DNA of 64,000 nt from Octopus sinensis (lineage: Eukaryota), in NCBI RefSeq assembly GCF_006345805.1, contig NC_042997.1, positions 49,848,001 through 49,912,000 of the forward strand, read 5' to 3'. The position numbers and the translations under genes were made by a program. Positions 1 to 12,392 of this stretch are shown here, in pieces. Each line of letters starts with the position of its first letter. The first letter of the stretch is position 1. The notes below the pieces were generated by a model that was given only the letters and a program-made list of their open reading frames with translations, was not told the DNA's origin and searched no databases.

Positions 1-9
1 ATATATATA

Positions 10-228
10 CTCTTTTACTCTTTTACTTGTTTCAGTCATTTGACTGCGGCCATGCTGGAGCACCGCCTTTAATCGAGCAACTCGACCCTGGGACTTATTC
101 TTTTGTAAGCCCAGTACTTATTCTATCGGTCTCTTTTTGCCGAACCGCTAAGTAACGGGGACATAAACACACCAACATCGGTTGTCAAGCAATGCTAGGA
201 GACAAAGACAGACACACAAACACACACA

Positions 229-274
<46 letters not shown>

Positions 275-440
275 TACGACGGGCTTCTTTCAGTTTCCGT
301 CTACCAAATCCACTCACAAGGCTTTGGTCGGCCCGAGGCTATAGTAGAAGACACTTGCCCAAGGTGCCACGAGTGGGACTGAACCCGGAACCATGTGGTT
401 GGTAAACAAGCTACTTACCTCACAGCCACTCCTGCACCTA
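10..440 (-). mobile_element. tRNA-derived SINE family A, near full length, with internal (CA)/(TA) microsatellite
   Basis: Minus strand has A-box-like TGGCTGTGAGG and B-box GGTTCAGTCCC, a core CCTTGGGCAAGTGTCTTC, and a tail ending TGACTGAAACAAG(TAAAAGAG)n. Many similar copies in the window. Confidence 0.9.
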
Positions 441-1280
441 TGTATATATACACAAAATTATTTAGATCTGTATATTTCTGTCAAATGACTGAAACAAGTA
501 AAAGAGTAAAAGAGTATACGTATACAGATGGTTACGCAATGAACTCCTATAGAAATAAACTACTTATATGCATACATATATACAAAATATGTATGTTAAT
601 ACTGACCATAAAACCCCCTTCAGATTCGATTCTCCTTGTGGTGATACTTCGTCTGCCACTGTTGTCTTTAAGCTGTTAAACACTGTAAATATATAACTGA
701 TATTATCTCCGGAAAGTATCGCAGTTAATTTGCCTACTGTGGTTTATTTGCATTGATCTTGATGCACAGATGACTATTTTAATCTAATATTTCTCTTGCA
801 TAGAATATATATAATATATATATATATACGACCAGCAAGGCTCGTAGAATCATGAAAGTGCATACGTCCTTGATTTTTGAATATTTTTAAAGGTTGTAGT
901 TCATGCAATAATGAAGACAAGTAATGTCTTCATTAAGCAATTAAAAATTCATTGGAAACAGCTGTATTAAATTGACACATTATCCATGTGTTCTTATTTA
1001 TTCATTTATATATAAATATATATATATAAATATATGTATATGTATATATATATATATATGTAAATATATATATATATATATTATATATAGAATATATATA
1101 TATATATATACATGCATATATAATAATATATATATATAATATATATATATATTATATATATAATATATACATGCATATAATATCTAATATATAATATTAT
1201 ACACACCACATATATATATATATAATATTATATATATATATATAATATTATACTATATATATAATATATATACTATATAA

Positions 1281-1552
1281 TTAGGGTTCAGCAACGATTT
1301 GCTTCGCCACATACTGAAGTTTAGAAATAGCAGTCAAAAAATCTTAGCTATTCCTTCTACTTTAAAGGAGTCCCCAGAAAAACCAAAGCACCTGAAAACA
1401 AACCACGCAGGCAAAAGGGGAAAAAATGACGAAAATCATTCTATATTAGGATACCCACGGACGTACGTTTCGGAATTAGTCAGTATAAAGCATAAATAAT
1501 AAATAATTATACCTTACCCGACTATTTTCGACTCTTCAGCGTAGGATTCCTC

Positions 1553-1553
<1 letters not shown>
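1281..1553 (-). mobile_element. Short non-autonomous element in a (TA)n tract carrying a hammerhead ribozyme (Penelope-like LTR derivative?)
   Basis: Unique-sequence island flanked on both sides by (TA)n; contains the hammerhead motif at 1454-1545. Confidence 0.55.
1454..1545 (-). ncRNA. Type I minimal hammerhead ribozyme with intact core
   Basis: Minus strand reads CCUACG-CUGAAGA-[long stem II]-GAAA-CGUACG-UC-CGUGGG. Stem I is CCUACG/CGUGGG, helix III is the palindrome ACGUACGU, and the cleavage triplet is GUC. Confidence 0.75.
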
Positions 1554-1597
<44 letters not shown>

Positions 1598-1604
1598 CAT
1601 ATAA

Positions 1605-1636
<32 letters not shown>

Positions 1637-1639
1637 AAA

Positions 1640-1875
1640 TAATTTGTAATTTTAATCTCCAAGGATCTACGTGTACTAAGTAATATGTTTCGAACAGTCC
1701 GTAGAAGATATATGAAGCAACTTCCAGGAACAATAATAGTTTCTTGACGTAGAAGGTTGTAGGTTTTCTCATATCTAAGTTTGATAAGTTGCAAAAAGTT
1801 TTTCTATTGTTCACGTTTAGCAGCTAGGGTTGCTATGAATGCAAATAAAAATCCAAATTGAGCAAATGGAGCAGC
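1640..1875. repeat. Unclassified dispersed repeat; diverged second copy at about 50925-51170
   Basis: Colinear shared blocks: TCCAAG.ATCTA, CAACTTC..GAAC..TAATAGTTT and TGCAAATAAAAATCCA.ATTGAG..AATG.AGCAG. Confidence 0.65.
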
Positions 1876-2317
1876 TGTTTCTTATTCAGCAGATCTTCGA
1901 AAGTAGTGTGTGTGTATGTGTGTGCGTATGTGTGTGTGTGTGTGTGTAAGAGCATCATGTAGTAATTAAGATATATGTGTTCGTAGAAAAATCGCAAATT
2001 ACTCCATGGGCGTTTAAGGGTACAACCTTTCCGTTCAGAACAGATTTGAACATCTTAATGAAACGTTTTTTCTTTTATCTTTCTTCCAACCTCACTTGTA
2101 TCATGTAGTTTGTGGAAAGGAAAAATTAGTACACAACGAGCAAAAAGAGATACCTACAGAGCAACTTAGGGCAACGCGAGAAAGACGAACTCATCAACGG
2201 AACACAACACCATTTCTAGTAACACACAATCCGCATCACTAAAACATTTTTACATCATCAAAGCATATTTGCCAATCATGATACAAAGTGAAAATTAAAA
2301 AACATAAAAACTAATGA

Positions 2318-2478
2318 ACGCAGGAGTTTACCAACCACATAGTTCCGGGTTCAGTCCCACTGCGTGACACCTTGGGCAAGTGTCTTCTACTATAGCCTCG
2401 GGCTGACCAAAGCCTTGTGAGTGGATTTGGTAGAACGGAAACTGAAAGAAGCCCGTCGTATATATGTATTATATATGC
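2318..2478 (+). mobile_element. SINE family A, 5' part, cut by assembly gap
   Basis: GGTTCAGTCCCACTGCGTGACACCTTGGGCAAGTGTCTTC...GAAGCCCGTCGTATATATG, then the N run. Confidence 0.85.
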
Positions 2479-2578
2479 NNNNNNNNNNNNNNNNNNNNNN
2501 NNNNNNNNNNNNNNNNNNNNNNNNNNNNNNNNNNNNNNNNNNNNNNNNNNNNNNNNNNNNNNNNNNNNNNNNNNNNNN
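2479..2578. other. Assembly gap (100 N)
   Basis: Run of N. Confidence 1.
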
Positions 2579-3704
2579 GTACTGAAGAGAAGCCTTAAAC
2601 AAGGCTGGTTCCACCTGAACTTGCCGGATCACAATCGTACACATATTATATTCTTGTTCTTCAACCACCTGAATATCTGAGTGAGGGAATGTTTTAACAA
2701 GTTTAGTGTTGTTAGTATATAGTGAGAGTATAGTGGTACTAAAGTTAAGAAGTAGCTAATTTTTTTGTCTCATTTGCTTATTCCACTACTGCAAAATAGG
2801 TTGGTGATGTCTCCAGCAATTCCGACTCCAATTACCTATTAAAAATTATGCACGTGTGTTTGTGTGTTTACACATACACAAGCGCATATATATATATTAT
2901 ATATATATATATATACATACATACTTAGATATATATATATACATACGTAGATATAGACAAATATTCATTCATTCATTCATTCATACCTACCTACCTACCT
3001 GCCTATCTACCAACATACTTACATACATGCATATAAATATATAAACGGATGACTGGATGGTGGATGTATATATATATGTATATATATATGTATATATATA
3101 TATATATATATTATAATATATATATCTGAGTTGTATATGATATTTTTTATGTATGAACGAATGTGTATGTATGTATGTAGTATGTATGTATGTATGTATG
3201 TATGTATGTATGTGTGTATGTTCATTCACCGGATGTTTTTCTAAGACACTCTCATTTAGTAGAATGGTGAGACATTTAACAAGTCAGCAAAGTTCAATCT
3301 TAGGTGATAACAACAGGAAATAGCTTGAGTATATTTTGCTGTTACAGTTATTCAGTCACTAGAATCTGATTATTAGTCACATACTTTGGCATCACGATGT
3401 CGTCCTTTTATACAAATTGTTGCAAGTTTTTCTCCCTTGATATTGCATGATATTTTATTCTAGCAATTTTCTAATAGATTCACTCATCCAACGATTCTAT
3501 TAACTTCGAAACAGCTATATTCAAACGAACGGAAAACCAACAAAATATTTTGCTAATCTTATAATACTCCAGATTTTGTTGTATAAGCACTCTACTTTAG
3601 TTTATCATGAAACTATATTGTGTTAGGTGTAGTCGTAGCATTCCCGAATGATTAAGCAGCTCACGTTGAATGTAGGAGCAACATTGCACAAGGGTTATAA
3701 GAAT

Positions 3705-3928
3705 ACATCTTTTATCTTATACTTGTTTCAGTAATTTGACTGCGGCCCTACTGGGGCTCCGCCTTGAATGGTTTTAGTTGAACAAATCGTCCCCAGGATT
3801 TTTTGTTTTTCAAGCCGAGTACTTATTCTATCGGGCTCTTTTGCCGAGTCACTAAGTTACAGGGATGTAAGCACACCAACAATGGTTGTTAAGAGGTGGT
3901 GGGGATAAACACAAAGATGCACACACAG

Positions 3929-3992
<64 letters not shown>

Positions 3993-4257
3993 ATATATAT
4001 ATATATATATATCTATATATATATATATATCTCTATATATATGATGTATATCTCGCAACATAGATACATACAACACACATGTTTGTGTATATATATATAC
4101 GACTGGCTTCTTTCATTCTTTCAGCTTCTGAAAAATCCACTCACAAGGTTTTGGTCGTCCTGAAGCTACGGTAGGAAACATTTGCCCAAGGTGCCACACA
4201 GTGGGATTGAACCCGGAACCAAACAAGCTTCTTATCACACAGTCACACCTGCGCCTA
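3705..4257 (-). mobile_element. SINE family A with expanded internal (TA)n
   Basis: Same head, core and tail as 10-440. Confidence 0.85.
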
Positions 4258-4261
4258 TGCT

Positions 4262-4585
4262 AGAAGTTGACGCAGTATTGCAGAATGTTTAAGAAGTGCG
4301 TGTTAGATGTAGTTGTAACATTGCAGCATGCATAAGAAATACATGTTAGATATAAGTGCAGTGTTGTAAAATGTTTAAGAAGTACAAACAGATGTAGGTC
4401 TTGTATTGCAGAATGATTAAGAAGAACATGTAAGATATAAGTGTCGTAATGTAAAATGCTTAAATTAAAAGTACATGATAGATCTAGATGTAGATAGCTT
4501 TAGGTGCAGTTTTGCAGAATGCAGTATTGCAGAACATGGTAGATCTAGGTGTAATATTGTAGAATGGTTAAAAAGTTCGCATCGA
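4262..4585. repeat. Degenerate ~43-bp minisatellite, about 7 units
   Basis: Recurrent TGCAGTATTGCAGAATG.TTAAGAAGTACATG.TAGAT.TAGG-like unit. Confidence 0.6.
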
Positions 4586-4957
4586 TATCACTGCATCCTG
4601 GGTCCGGTCGAACTGCATAGCATCTTTGGCAAGTTAGTTTCCTGCAGTTTCGGATTGACCATGTACCTTGTGAAGAAAATTGGGTAGATATGTAATGTTT
4701 CCGAGACACGTCAGATGGATTGTGCCTGTGATTCAAAAGCCTAGCCTTGTCCATATTGTATCATACTGAATCTATGGAATACTCAGCCACTTACACGCTA
4801 TGGAATACTCAGCCACTTACACGCTAATTCCTTGAGCCTGCTGTTCAATTGGCCCCAAAAATTAAAACTCTGAGATCGGAAATTCAAACCGAGTTCCATA
4901 GTATTATTATCTTGTTATATATTATCAAACTGTATTTGACATTGTTATTAGACATTA

Positions 4958-5455
4958 TTGGTATTTCGTCTGCCGCTACGTTCTAAGTTCAAATTCTACC
5001 GAGGTCGACTTTGCCTTTCATCCTTTCAGAGTCGATAAATTAAGTTCCAGTTGAGTACTGGGATCGATGTAATTGCTTATCCTCCTCTCTAATATGTCAA
5101 GCCTTGTGCCTATAATAAAAAGGATTATTATAAGACATTTTACAAGGCGATAAGCTGGCTGATTCGTTAGCGCGCCGGACAAATTGCATAGTGGCATTTC
5201 GTCCGTCTTTACGGTCGATGAAATAAGTATCAGTCAAGTAGCGGTGTCGAGGTAATCACCTAACACCCTTCCCCGAAATTTCAGGCCAATATTATTAAAC
5301 ATTATTCTAGGCGGCGTTTCAAATTCCTCCGAGGTCGACTTTGCCTTTCATCCTTTCGGGGTCGATAAATTAAGTACCAGTTGCGTACTGGGGTCCATCT
5401 AATCGACTGGCCCCCTCCCTCAAAATTTCGTGCCTTGTGCCTAGAGTAGAAAAGA
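4958..5455 (+). mobile_element. Cluster of three SINE family B copies (tRNA head plus Meta/Sauria-like central domain)
   Basis: B-box-like GTTCAAATTC and core GTCGACTTTGCCTTTCATCCTTTCGGGGTCGATAAATTAAGTACCAG (middle copy internally deleted). Other copies at about 6628-6830, 8069-8303(-), 10635-10770(-), 20188-20822, 31688-31895, 34655-34830, 36795-37005, 47918-48148, 54340-54970(-), 55229-55440. Confidence 0.85.
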
Positions 5456-6350
5456 GTCGTTTCGTCATTCCCGAGCTAAAGGTAGTCACGTGACAAAATG
5501 CAAGATGAAATTAATTTTTAGTCACATGTTTATACATTCGCAGTCAACTTTCTTTTGCATCCTTACAGAATTGATGAAATAAGGTTTGATTTCCATTTCG
5601 TGAGTCCTACTTCTATAAATCTGCGCTCTTGGATCAATGTAAAAATGTAAAAATGTAAAAATTCAAAAAAGATCGTTATAGGTGGGTGGTTGATGACGGG
5701 ATCAGTAAAATACCGAACAAAATGCCTTACAGTATGTATTTATGAACCTTTAATTTCCATTTCAAACCCCCATCAGGGCCGACTTCATCTTTTATCCTTC
5801 TGAGGTCAATAAGGTAAGTATCACTCAAGCAGTGATCTACGAAACAATACCTGCCCTAAAATCTAGGTTGCATTGTGCCTATGCGAGAAATCAATATCAC
5901 TATTCTCATACAATAACGCAGTCCAATTTTAATTCATTTGTATAGGAGACTTATGCGTAGGTCTTTATCAGTTTCATAACCTGAAATTAATTTACCATTT
6001 TCTATTTGCATGGCGATACAATGTTTATCTACTTATGTAAAACACTGTTTTTTTATTTTTATTTTGTTTTATGTCGAAACACACAATATTGCGATTGATG
6101 CTAACCTAAAATATTATCTAATAAATTAAACCGTAATAACAATAACTAACAGATAATGAATTGGATTTTGAAGTTGTCTCTGGGGAAAACATTGAATTCC
6201 AACCATTGCAGCTAACAGACTCCATGTATAATTAGAAAATCGCTTTTTCGAGGCATTTTATGTTTGTTTTCTTTATATATAATAGTTACACACACACACA
6301 CACATAGACTGACAGACAGACAGACAGATAGATAGATAGACTGACAGGCA

Positions 6351-6457
6351 AAAACACCGTTGATGATTTTGAAATTCCAATGAAGGAGTCTTGGATCTAG
6401 GTTAAAAACCGGCCCTTTCTCTATTGATAACACATTTTGAAATAACACTGAACTATG
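6351..6457 (+). mobile_element. 3' terminal fragment of the R4/Dong-like LINE
   Basis: Colinear with 19672-19780 (TGAAA.TCCAATGAAGG.G.CTTGGATCTAGG.TA.AAACCGGC...TGAAATAA.ACTGAA); sits in (GACA/GATA)/(CATA) repeats. Confidence 0.75.
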
Positions 6458-8068
6458 ACATACATACATGCATGCATCCATCCATCCAAACCCTCCCCCC
6501 CACACACACACATACATACATACATACATGGGCAACCATCTTGAAATTAAACACATTGAGATAACAGAAAAATATGTAAATGAAAATAAAGTTTATTTGA
6601 CATGTGTAATTGATTTGATTGTTTTGGAAGGCGGCGAGTTGGCAGAATTGTTAGCATGCCGGGCAAATTGCTTGAGCGGTATTTCGCTTGTTCAAATGCC
6701 ACCGGGGTCAACTTTACCTTTCATCCTTTAGCGATCGATAACTTAAGTACCAGTGAGACATTGGGTTCGATGTAATCGACTGGTCCCCTCCCCCGAAATT
6801 TCAGGCCTTGTGCCTATAGTAGAAAGGATTTGATTGCTCTGGTCTTAACATCATGTCGTAAGAATAGAAGTCATTTGACGACACTTTTTTGTTTGTAATT
6901 GGCTCTCCTGTTGCAGGGTTTATTCTGTGGAATATTGAAATGATACCCATCTTGTCCATTCTAAAGAATAAGATTATACTGGAGAATATCACAAGAGGGA
7001 CGAGTCTGTGAAACACGTTTAAGGTTGTTATCTTCAACACGAATAAGTATATCATGATTTTCATGGGAATCACCAACCATAAGGATGGCTACTTCATTAG
7101 ATGTGGCCCATTAAAACAACATAAAATGTCCTTTTTTATAGTTTACTATAGACGTAACGAACGCAGAAACACACACACACACACCACACACACACACATA
7201 GAATTGATAATATTGAAAGTAGCAAAACGTACACACAAGAAGTTCAAGCGAAACGAAATGTAGTCAATATCGGTGCAAAGCATAGTTATGCTATAGAAAA
7301 ATGCAAAGTCACCAATTTAGCAAACGTTAGTATGCGTCACCAATGTAAGAAAGTACAGAAAGTCAGCATTTATTTAGAACTAAATGTACTAAATGTAATT
7401 AACATTCACGATTGAATGAATGTCACGGTGAAGAAAGTGAGAATCCAAGAAAATTCAGAAGGCATAATTCAGTTTTACATACAAAAATAATTTATTTTAT
7501 AATTTTGAAACGAATGCTGAACAAAGTGAATAAAAAAAGGAAGATGCTGTTTTCGAACTGTGTAACATTATCGGCTGAAGAATAAATACTGACTAACGCA
7601 GTAAAAAGGTTGTGTGACGTTGATACTCAGAGTGATGAAGAATACAAGGGCTGTTAAAAAAACATTATCTTGAAACTGGTTAGGAGTGAAATAACATTTC
7701 TGTAATTATATTGAAAGAGACGATGAGGCTTTCTACTTCGCCAAGTTTCCGAATTTGTTATAATAACCAGAATAATATTTTTTTTCTGATACATTTGCGA
7801 GTGTTGTGTGTGGTGTTCAATCAGGCAAATCTTCAAGTTGGTAGTACTTGAAAGTGAGCGTTGTTGTTTGTTTGAAGACAAAGCAGCAAGTAAAGTTTCA
7901 CTATCCGCGCATTTCACTGTTGAGGGGAGGGGAAGTTACATACATAAACTAAGAGACACACACACGTATATTAATGCACACGTGAAGTCTATCTCTGTCC
8001 CTGCGTGTGTGCGTGTGTGTCTGTCTTTATATGTGTGTGTGTCTGTGTCAGTTGTCACAAAAATGTAT

Positions 8069-8303
8069 GTATACCTATTTCTTTACTACCCACAAGGGGC
8101 TAAACAGGGAGGACAAACAAGGACAGACAAACGGATTAAGTCGATTATATCGACCCCAGTGCGTAACTGGTACTTATTTAATCGACCCCGAAAGGATGAA
8201 AGGCAAAGTCGACCTTGGCGGAATTTGAACTCAGAACGTAGCGGCAGATGAAATACCGCGAAGCATTTCGCCCGGCGTGCTAACGATTCTGCCGGCTCGC
8301 CGT
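8069..8303 (-). mobile_element. SINE family B, full length
   Basis: Reverse complement of GGCGAGC.GGCAGAATCGTTAGCACGCCGGGCG...CTTTCATCCTTTCGGGGTCGA...GCCCCTTGTGGG. Confidence 0.85.
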
Positions 8304-8639
8304 CTGTATGTATACTGACAGACGCATACACTGTCACACATATACTTGTCAATCATCGGCCTAACGTAAGTAACGAACGTGCGAAAATACGCATGTAGAA
8401 AATGTGCCATCATCGCCATTGTAGTGGCGATATAAAATGTTGATAGGTAACTAAAAGAAAAATTATAATGTTAAATTTTTGTAATGCAAATATGTGAATG
8501 AAAATATAGTTTAGTTGGTAGCCATAAGCTTACCGAATCTTTTGATACCGCTTACGTGAAAATCGGCAACTCGGTTTTGGAATGCATAAGGAACATACTC
8601 GCACACCGACACACACACATACAAACTCTCTTTTATAGT

Positions 8640-8640
8640 T

Positions 8641-8703
<63 letters not shown>

Positions 8704-8723
8704 TAGATAGATAGATACATACA

Positions 8724-8757
<34 letters not shown>

Positions 8758-8806
8758 CATACTTACATACATACATACATACATACTACATACATACATA
8801 CATACA

Positions 8807-8840
<34 letters not shown>

Positions 8841-8850
8841 CATATACATA

Positions 8851-8887
<37 letters not shown>

Positions 8888-8899
8888 ATGTATGTATAC

Positions 8900-8930
<31 letters not shown>

Positions 8931-8985
8931 ATACAGGGAAAGAAAGAAAGAAAGAAAGAAAGAAGAAAGAAAGAAAGAAAGAAAG

Positions 8986-9032
<47 letters not shown>
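8640..9032. repeat. Compound microsatellite (GATA)n(CATA)n(TG)n(TATG)n(TA)n(GAAA)n
   Basis: Directly visible. Confidence 0.95.
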
Positions 9033-9803
9033 AATATTGCATATATGGTATGACGTCAAGAGAGCAAAATTCCACTTATTTTGCTTATTTGGTAGATAAA
9101 CTAGATATAAATTATCATATTAAAGACATCATTATCGTGCTAAACATTGTTTTGCTTTAGATATGAATGAGATGAAATGACTACATATGGAATTCTTGCA
9201 CTGTCCTTGACGTTACTGATTATCTTTAATGTTTGTGATTCTTTAGTAATTAATTTCACCACTGAGCTAATTTGGAAGCAAATTTCTTACTGTGACGTTT
9301 CACCCAATTGTGCCGAGGAGTGGCACAGTACTATAGTAAATACCTTTTGATGTTTAGCTTCGCGAATTTAATTTCTGTGCAAAAATTGTACCTGGATTAA
9401 CTTTACATTTGTTTATTCAGGGTCAGTAAAATATTCCATTTATCCATCCATCTCCATTCGCTATCTTTGCAGTGACTTGCAGTTAAAATCGTCATGTATC
9501 TCTACTATAGGGTCCTATCAAAAGCAACCACCATTACAATTTCCGGTTAGATTCCCAGGCGTGACCAACTGAGATATGGATATTATCCTACTATCTTGCT
9601 TTTGGTCTACCTCTAGGTCTCTCTGCCGGTTGGCTCTGTTTGAAGAATCCGCCTAGCGATCACTTCTTGCTACATTCTAATCCCATGTCCGTTGTACTGG
9701 AGCTGTGATTTCTCAATACGGAGAAGCAGCGGCTTGACCTTAAGAGACTCCCTGATCACCGAGCTACTTACCATGTCGAGTAATGTTACTCCAGCGTAAA
9801 ATA

Positions 9804-10222
9804 ACCTAAACACAGGTGTTCTCTAAGAACAGATAATACTGCTATTTTAACCCCAGGAGGACACCTCCTTCAGCTGGTTATTCAGTGCGCTCTGCACTCG
9901 ATATATATTGCAAGTGGAGAGAGAAATCCCTACTATTATTCCAGCAAAATCAGTGACTATATACCACTTATTTTGTATATATTGCAAGCTGGGCTGAACT
10001 ACTGCCATGTCTAGCAGATGAGTATCCATCACCGAGGATGACAATAATAAGGTCCGAAACCGCACGGTTGGTGATCTCGAAACTGGAATAATAGTTGGGA
10101 GTTGTCTCCCTACTCGCAATATATATCGAGTGCGGAGAGCACTGAATAACCAGCTGGAGGAGGCATCCGCTCTGGGTTAAATTGCAATATCGTCTGTTCT
10201 TAAATAACATCCGTGTTTAGGT
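9804..10222. mobile_element. Fold-back element with ~140-bp imperfect inverted arms and a hammerhead-like motif in the spacer
   Basis: 9804-9944 is the imperfect reverse complement of 10083-10222. Motif ATCACCGAGGATGAC..GTCCGAAACCGCACGGTTGGTGAT at 10028-10075. Confidence 0.7.
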
Positions 10223-10994
10223 GTCAATGAAGATTACTTCTCTGTATAAACACTACTTTCGCCTCTTATAGAAATCTTCTTAATGAGTTAGGTTGCTTGT
10301 CAAAATAGTTAACCTTAACAACATACTGAAAACGAATAAGTTGATTAATTCTCACTTCACGCTCACAATGTCGAGTTATTTCCCGTTTTAAGTAGTCGCT
10401 ATAGTTAACTGAAGAGACAAAGATTGACATCTGAAGGATGAATTGATAAGTCAATCCCAATGGGATTTGAACACTGTTCTGCTTATTATTGAAATTACGC
10501 TTGCAAGTTAAAAACAGGTGAAAGAAAAAGAAAAACAGAACTAGCACTGAAGAAGATGTTAAACAATTAAAGTTAGATGAGTAAAATTCAGTCAAATAAT
10601 TAATTGTATAGAAAAGACATCACTTGGAAATAATACTAGTTTCAAATTTTGGTGCAAGACCAGCAATTTCGAAGGGAAGGGCTAAGTCGACCTCGGCGTA
10701 ATTTGAATTCGGAATATAATGACGGACGAAATGCCGCCAGGCATTTTACACGGCGTGCTACCGATTCTGCCAGTTTCCGTTCCACTTTGAAATGATAATA
10801 AGATAGCATATGTAGTGGTACCCGTCACTTTTCAATACATACTGAAAGCGCAATGATACACTCTTCAAATATGTAGGTTTTCCACTGCTTCGTAAATGTC
10901 TGCCTCTTCAGTCTTCATACCAACTTTCATATCAGCTTATTGAAGGCTGAGACCCTCGCATTACAACATTCAGTGGCTAACTGTCTTCCCAACC

Positions 10995-11500
10995 TATTTG
11001 GGAAGAATGACGGTAAAGGTAACATTGCCAGCTAGATCTCTGGCATGTGTAGTGTTGGAGAAGTGCAATCTTAGCTGGACATAAAGAGATCGAGGCAAAA
11101 GAACTGGTTGGCAATCACAATGGAGGTTCATTTTCATGCAAAAACCGAGCAGCTGGAAAGGACCCCAAACCTTATCTCCCGGCCGGATGAGACAGAACTG
11201 CGAATAACTGCGAAGGGTAGACAACCGATATGCTACGTTTGTAAAACAGTCGATCTTTTGAGAGCGTTCTGAACACAGCCAAAGCAGAAATGATTACAGA
11301 AGGGCTCCACTGCTGCCGATATCACTGACGCAGCGAAAAAGAAAAAAAAGAAAACAGAAAAAGAAAAAACAACAATAGCAAAAATAAGAAAAGCAACAGA
11401 AGCTGCCACAAAAGCAGCAGCAACTAGTTATAAAACAAACTCCATTAAGTTTACTGTTGTAAATGGAAATAGTGGAGAATTGATGAAGTACTTCGGACAA
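10995..11500 (+). pseudogene. Degenerate LINE ORF1 (gag-like zinc knuckle) remnant
   Basis: ELRITAKGRQPICYVCKTVDLLRAF* resembles the EGRxPxCFxCxxxGHxRxxC knuckle of non-LTR ORF1; followed by a K/E-rich A-rich tract. Confidence 0.4.
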
Positions 11501-12166
11501 CATACGAAGAAAATAGAAAAATCAACGTAAATGACCGCTTGCGTTTTCCTTTCTCAGACCAGAGTAAGATATTTAAGTGCTCGTGGTCGAGTATTGTCTC
11601 AGGAGCAAGAACGATTGCACAACAGTCTCAGGTCCACATATATAGATATGGTAACTTCGACAAGACCACTTTAGTTGCACTTTCTGGATTATGTGAATTT
11701 CGCCGAGAAACGGGAAGTGTGTGAAAACCTCAACAGTATACTTAAGCAGTTCTAATTGCCTGGCAGGCTTTCACAAATGATTTAGTATGGACATGGAATA
11801 ATTACACCGAATTGTCCACATTGCATCTGTTAAGTCAGTGGACGAGAACAGTGTTGCGTGCTCATAATTTAAACCAGTTTTATACTGACCACAACATTTC
11901 GATTTGCATCATCAAACTTGATAAAACGTGTTGCGATGTAATTTGCAAATCCATTTTCGAGAAACAGTTAGAGTAGAATTAAGGTTTAATACAAAAGTAG
12001 TAAAAGAGAAAAACATATTAGATGGTGTGCTGGTGAGTAAAATTAAAAGAGACGAATACGAAAGACATGTTTATTTCCACGTGTTATCAAAGATACGATG
12101 AGACAAATTCTTTGATGTGCCCAGGGTGGCAGTGACAAGCGTGTGCAGCTCGACTACATGAACCTG

Positions 12167-12209
<43 letters not shown>

Positions 12210-12217
12210 GTGTGTGA

Positions 12218-12251
<34 letters not shown>

Positions 12252-12392
12252 TAGTTTACTCATCTTTTCCAATTTTTGGCAATTTACTTATTTTATGCAA
12301 AGACGGAAGTGGGCTACAGTCTTTAACGACAATGGTCTGCTACGGTTAAAAGCGGATGTGGGTGCAGAGTGGTGCGAAAACCAGATAATGTC

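Noticed and set aside
182-9160. Many ORFs rich in YI/IY, HT, CV, KKER repeats
   Set aside because: They are translations of (TA)n, (CA)n, (TACA)n and (GAAA)n microsatellites and SINEs, not genes.
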